Virus record (IMG/VR): IMGVR_UViG_3300020029_000023
Location: 1 to 5,957 of that record
From: a virus
Reading direction: 5' to 3' (one strand)
Length of the DNA stretch: 5,957 nt
Under the pieces are notes generated by a model. That model was not told where the DNA came from, did not search any database, and worked only from the letters and a program-made list of their open reading frames with translations. This document shows positions 3,876 to 5,957 of the stretch, piece after piece. Position 1 is the stretch's first letter. Each line of letters opens with the position of its first letter. The position numbers were made by a program, and so were the translations under genes.

Positions 3876-5675
3876 ATGGGAAAACAACCTTTTATTTCGC
3901 ACTCCGTCAACGGCTACTCTCGCTACGATGTCCCTGAGAGTAAAGCTTTTACGTGTACACCGGGTATTTTGTACCCAGTGAGAATCGATTTTATTAATGC
4001 TCGAGATCGTGTGTCTATCGAGCAAGGTATCGATGTTCGCAGCAATCCTCTCGCTGTCCCAACATTCAACCCCTATACTGTTCGACTTCATCGTTTTTGG
4101 GTACCGCTCCAGCTGTACCACCCTGAGATGAGGACGAATAGCAGTAAGTTCGATATGAACAATTTGAGCCTTAATTGGATTGCTTCCTGTCAGGCTCAAG
4201 CTGGTGGTCTGAATACTGATTTTTTCGGTGCAGCTTATACTAATTCGTTGATGTCTTGGTTGCGTATCGCTAATAAGTACACTACTGGTATACCCAGCGT
4301 CCCTTCTTCCGTGGCTCTTCCTGCTGATTCTTCTATAGATCGTTGGAGTAACGCGGATTCGTATCTAGCTTATTGGGATATCGTCCGCAACTACTATAGC
4401 TATTCGCAGTGGGGACTTTACTCTTTCGCTTGGCCTATGGCTAATAAACTTGTTTATTCTGGTTCTAGTTATTCTCTCAATTCCAAAAATTCTGGAGACT
4501 CTCGCTTTTTTACGCAGTGTTTTGGTAATCTCGAGTTCCTTGATTCTTACTTTGAGAGTCAGTTTTATCCGTCATCCATACCTTCTTCGAATAATACTTT
4601 TAATCGTGGTAATTTGTTCACGCAGATAATTCGCTCTGATCTGGATAATGATGCTTTTTCTACTGATGGTTTTCCTGTTTCTTCGACCTTCCCGTCTACC
4701 TCGCTTTGCGGTTCAACCGGTATTCTTTCCCAGACTTTAACTACCACTTCTTCTACGGCCAATTCTTCTATTGCCTACTTCGTTACTGCGCATCCTATGG
4801 CTGTATGTCCTTCGAATCCTGATCGTTTTAGTCGCCTTATTCCCACTGGCACTAATTCTGCTGTATCTATGACGGGCGTGTCTACTATTCCTCAGTTGGC
4901 TATTGCTTCTCGTCTCCAGGAGTACAAGGACTTGCTTGGCGCTGGCGGTAGTCGTTATAGTGATTGGTTGGAAACGTTTTTTGCTTCCAAAATTGAGCAT
5001 GTTGATCGTCCAAAACTCCTTTTCAGTGCCTCGCAGACTGTTAATGTGCAGATTATTATGAATCAAGCTGGGGATAATAATTTTTCTGGTAATCAGCCTC
5101 TTGGACAACAAGGTGGTTCTATTGCTTTCAACGATCGTTTAGGTCGTCGCCAGTCTTATTACTTTCGCGAGCCTGGTTATATGATTGATATGTTGAGTAT
5201 TCGCCCTGTTTATTACTGGTCTTTTATTAAGCCAGACTATCTCAGCTATACGGGTCCTGATTACTTTAACCCCATTTATAACGATATTGGATATCAAGAC
5301 GTTCCTGCCTTTCGTCTTGCTTTTAACGGTAATCCTGGGACTTCATTTGCGACCGAACCTTGTTTTAACGAGTTTCGTTCTTCTTACGATGAGGTACTAG
5401 GTCAGCTCCAGGCTTATAGTAGGCCGGAGGCTGAAGGTGGGTCTGGAATTCCCCTCTACTCTTATTGGATTCAGCAGCGCACTGTTTATACTTATAGTGG
5501 AACCGGTACTCTTCCCGAGGCTAGTTATTATCCCCTTCTTTTCGTTGATTTGGCTCAAGTTAATTCTCCTTTTAAGTCGAACGTCGAGGATAATTTTTTT
5601 GTGAATATGTCTTATGCTGTCCAGAAGAAGAACCTCGTTAATAAAACTTTTGCAACTCGTTTGTCTAATCGTTAA
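3876..5675 (+). CDS. Major capsid protein (VP1, F-like jelly-roll), 599 aa.
   Basis: This is the largest ORF. The blocks TPGILYPV, NPYTVRLHRFWVPLQLY, AYWDIVRNYY, RLQEYKDLLGAGGSRYSDWLETFFA and DRPKLLF match the conserved pattern I know from gokusho/alpavirus VP1. A long Ser/Thr-rich insertion sits between the AYWDIVRNYY and PSNPDRFSR blocks, where VP1 surface loops vary. Confidence 0.92.
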   Translation: MGKQPFISHSVNGYSRYDVPESKAFTCTPGILYPVRIDFINARDRVSIEQGIDVRSNPLAVPTFNPYTVRLHRFWVPLQLYHPEMRTNSSKFDMNNLSLNWIASCQAQAGGLNTDFFGAAYTNSLMSWLRIANKYTTGIPSVPSSVALPADSSIDRWSNADSYLAYWDIVRNYYSYSQWGLYSFAWPMANKLVYSGSSYSLNSKNSGDSRFFTQCFGNLEFLDSYFESQFYPSSIPSSNNTFNRGNLFTQIIRSDLDNDAFSTDGFPVSSTFPSTSLCGSTGILSQTLTTTSSTANSSIAYFVTAHPMAVCPSNPDRFSRLIPTGTNSAVSMTGVSTIPQLAIASRLQEYKDLLGAGGSRYSDWLETFFASKIEHVDRPKLLFSASQTVNVQIIMNQAGDNNFSGNQPLGQQGGSIAFNDRLGRRQSYYFREPGYMIDMLSIRPVYYWSFIKPDYLSYTGPDYFNPIYNDIGYQDVPAFRLAFNGNPGTSFATEPCFNEFRSSYDEVLGQLQAYSRPEAEGGSGIPLYSYWIQQRTVYTYSGTGTLPEASYYPLLFVDLAQVNSPFKSNVEDNFFVNMSYAVQKKNLVNKTFATRLSNR

Positions 5676-5687
5676 TATGTTGATTTT

Positions 5688-5957
5688 ATGGCACTTGATT
5701 GGTTACTTGAAGATGCTCCCGCTTATGTTTCTCGCGGTCAGCGTATACTTTCGGTTCTTGATGGTTCTGGTTCCGTCGACGTTCTTCCTGGTCGCCCGGA
5801 TGTAGTAGTAGAACCTTCTGACTTCGATAAGGGTGAAAGATTTAACCCCGATATTGATTTTGATCCCAACTCTTTCTCTCGTATGGATAAGTTTGACGGT
5901 CTCGAGGTTGGTCAGGAACTTATTGATTCACAGCTTGATAGGTCAAAACCCTCGTCA
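5688..5957 (+). CDS. Acidic 98-aa protein that wraps the circular junction; possible internal scaffolding protein (VP3-like). The window cuts off its 3' end. The full ORF is 5688..5836 joined to 1..148.
   Basis: ATG at 5688, 12 nt after the VP1 stop, with an in-frame TAA at 5673..5675 upstream. Hand translation gives MALDWLLEDAPAYVSRGQRILSVLDGSGSVDVLPGRPDVVVEPSDFDKGERFNPDIDFDPNSFSRMDKFDGLEVGQELIDSQLDRSKPSSNPTSSEEK*. There are 21 acidic and 10 basic residues. The position directly after the capsid gene and the small acidic character fit a scaffolding role. The functional call is inference only. The six-frame ORF track missed this ORF because it runs off the window end. Confidence 0.6.
   Translation, partial: MALDWLLEDAPAYVSRGQRILSVLDGSGSVDVLPGRPDVVVEPSDFDKGERFNPDIDFDPNSFSRMDKFDGLEVGQELIDSQLDRSKPSS
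5837..5957. repeat. Terminal direct repeat, copy 2. Assembly overlap of a circular genome, identical to 1..121.
   Basis: Same comparison as copy 1. The non-redundant genome is 1..5836. Confidence 0.97.

Noticed and set aside
2461-5111. Minus-strand ORFs 2461..2733, 2736..3074, 3642..3860, 3861..4199, 4565..4762 and 4737..5111.
   Set aside because: The reasoning is the same. They are antisense shadows of the Rep, VP1 and ORF66 coding regions, and 2461..2733 also crosses the structured non-coding gap.
5680-5687. The octamer TTGATTTT recurs at 18..25, 2406..2413 and 5680..5687, and could be an iteron.
   Set aside because: Two of the three copies belong to the 18-nt repeat already reported. The + strand is T-rich, so a third copy of a T-rich octamer is weak evidence on its own.

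Overview
The window is a complete circular ssDNA phage genome of the family Microviridae. It is not phiX-like; it resembles the gokushovirus/alpavirus type. It was assembled with a terminal overlap: bases 1..121 are identical to 5837..5957, so the true unit is 5836 bp. All credible genes lie on the + strand, as expected for a microvirus whose packaged strand has mRNA sense.

From motifs I recognise (no database search was possible), three genes can be named:
- Major capsid protein VP1/F-like, 3876..5675.
- HUH rolling-circle replication initiator VP4/A-like, 2802..3872, with a YxxKYxxK double-tyrosine motif.
- Minor capsid/DNA-pilot protein VP2/H-like, 475..1728.

Five smaller ORFs fill the rest:
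- An acidic 98-aa ORF that wraps the circular junction (5688..5836 joined to 1..148), possibly a scaffolding protein.
- A small protein with a textbook lipoprotein signal peptide and lipobox (282..473).
- Two ORFans of about 106 aa (1809..2129 and 2141..2464).
- A 66-aa ORF whose stop overlaps the Rep start in a TAATG (2602..2802).

The most unusual non-coding signal is in the largest intergenic gap (2465..2601). A 12-bp GC-rich stem encloses two hairpins, each capped by a C(GAA)G triloop, and one contains the exact heptamer GCGAAGC. I propose this as a candidate ssDNA complementary-strand origin and/or terminator.

No start codon has a Shine-Dalgarno sequence, and Bacteroides-type TAnnTTTG motifs are present, which suggests a Bacteroidota host. 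Every family assignment here is motif recognition by eye and needs HMM or BLAST confirmation.
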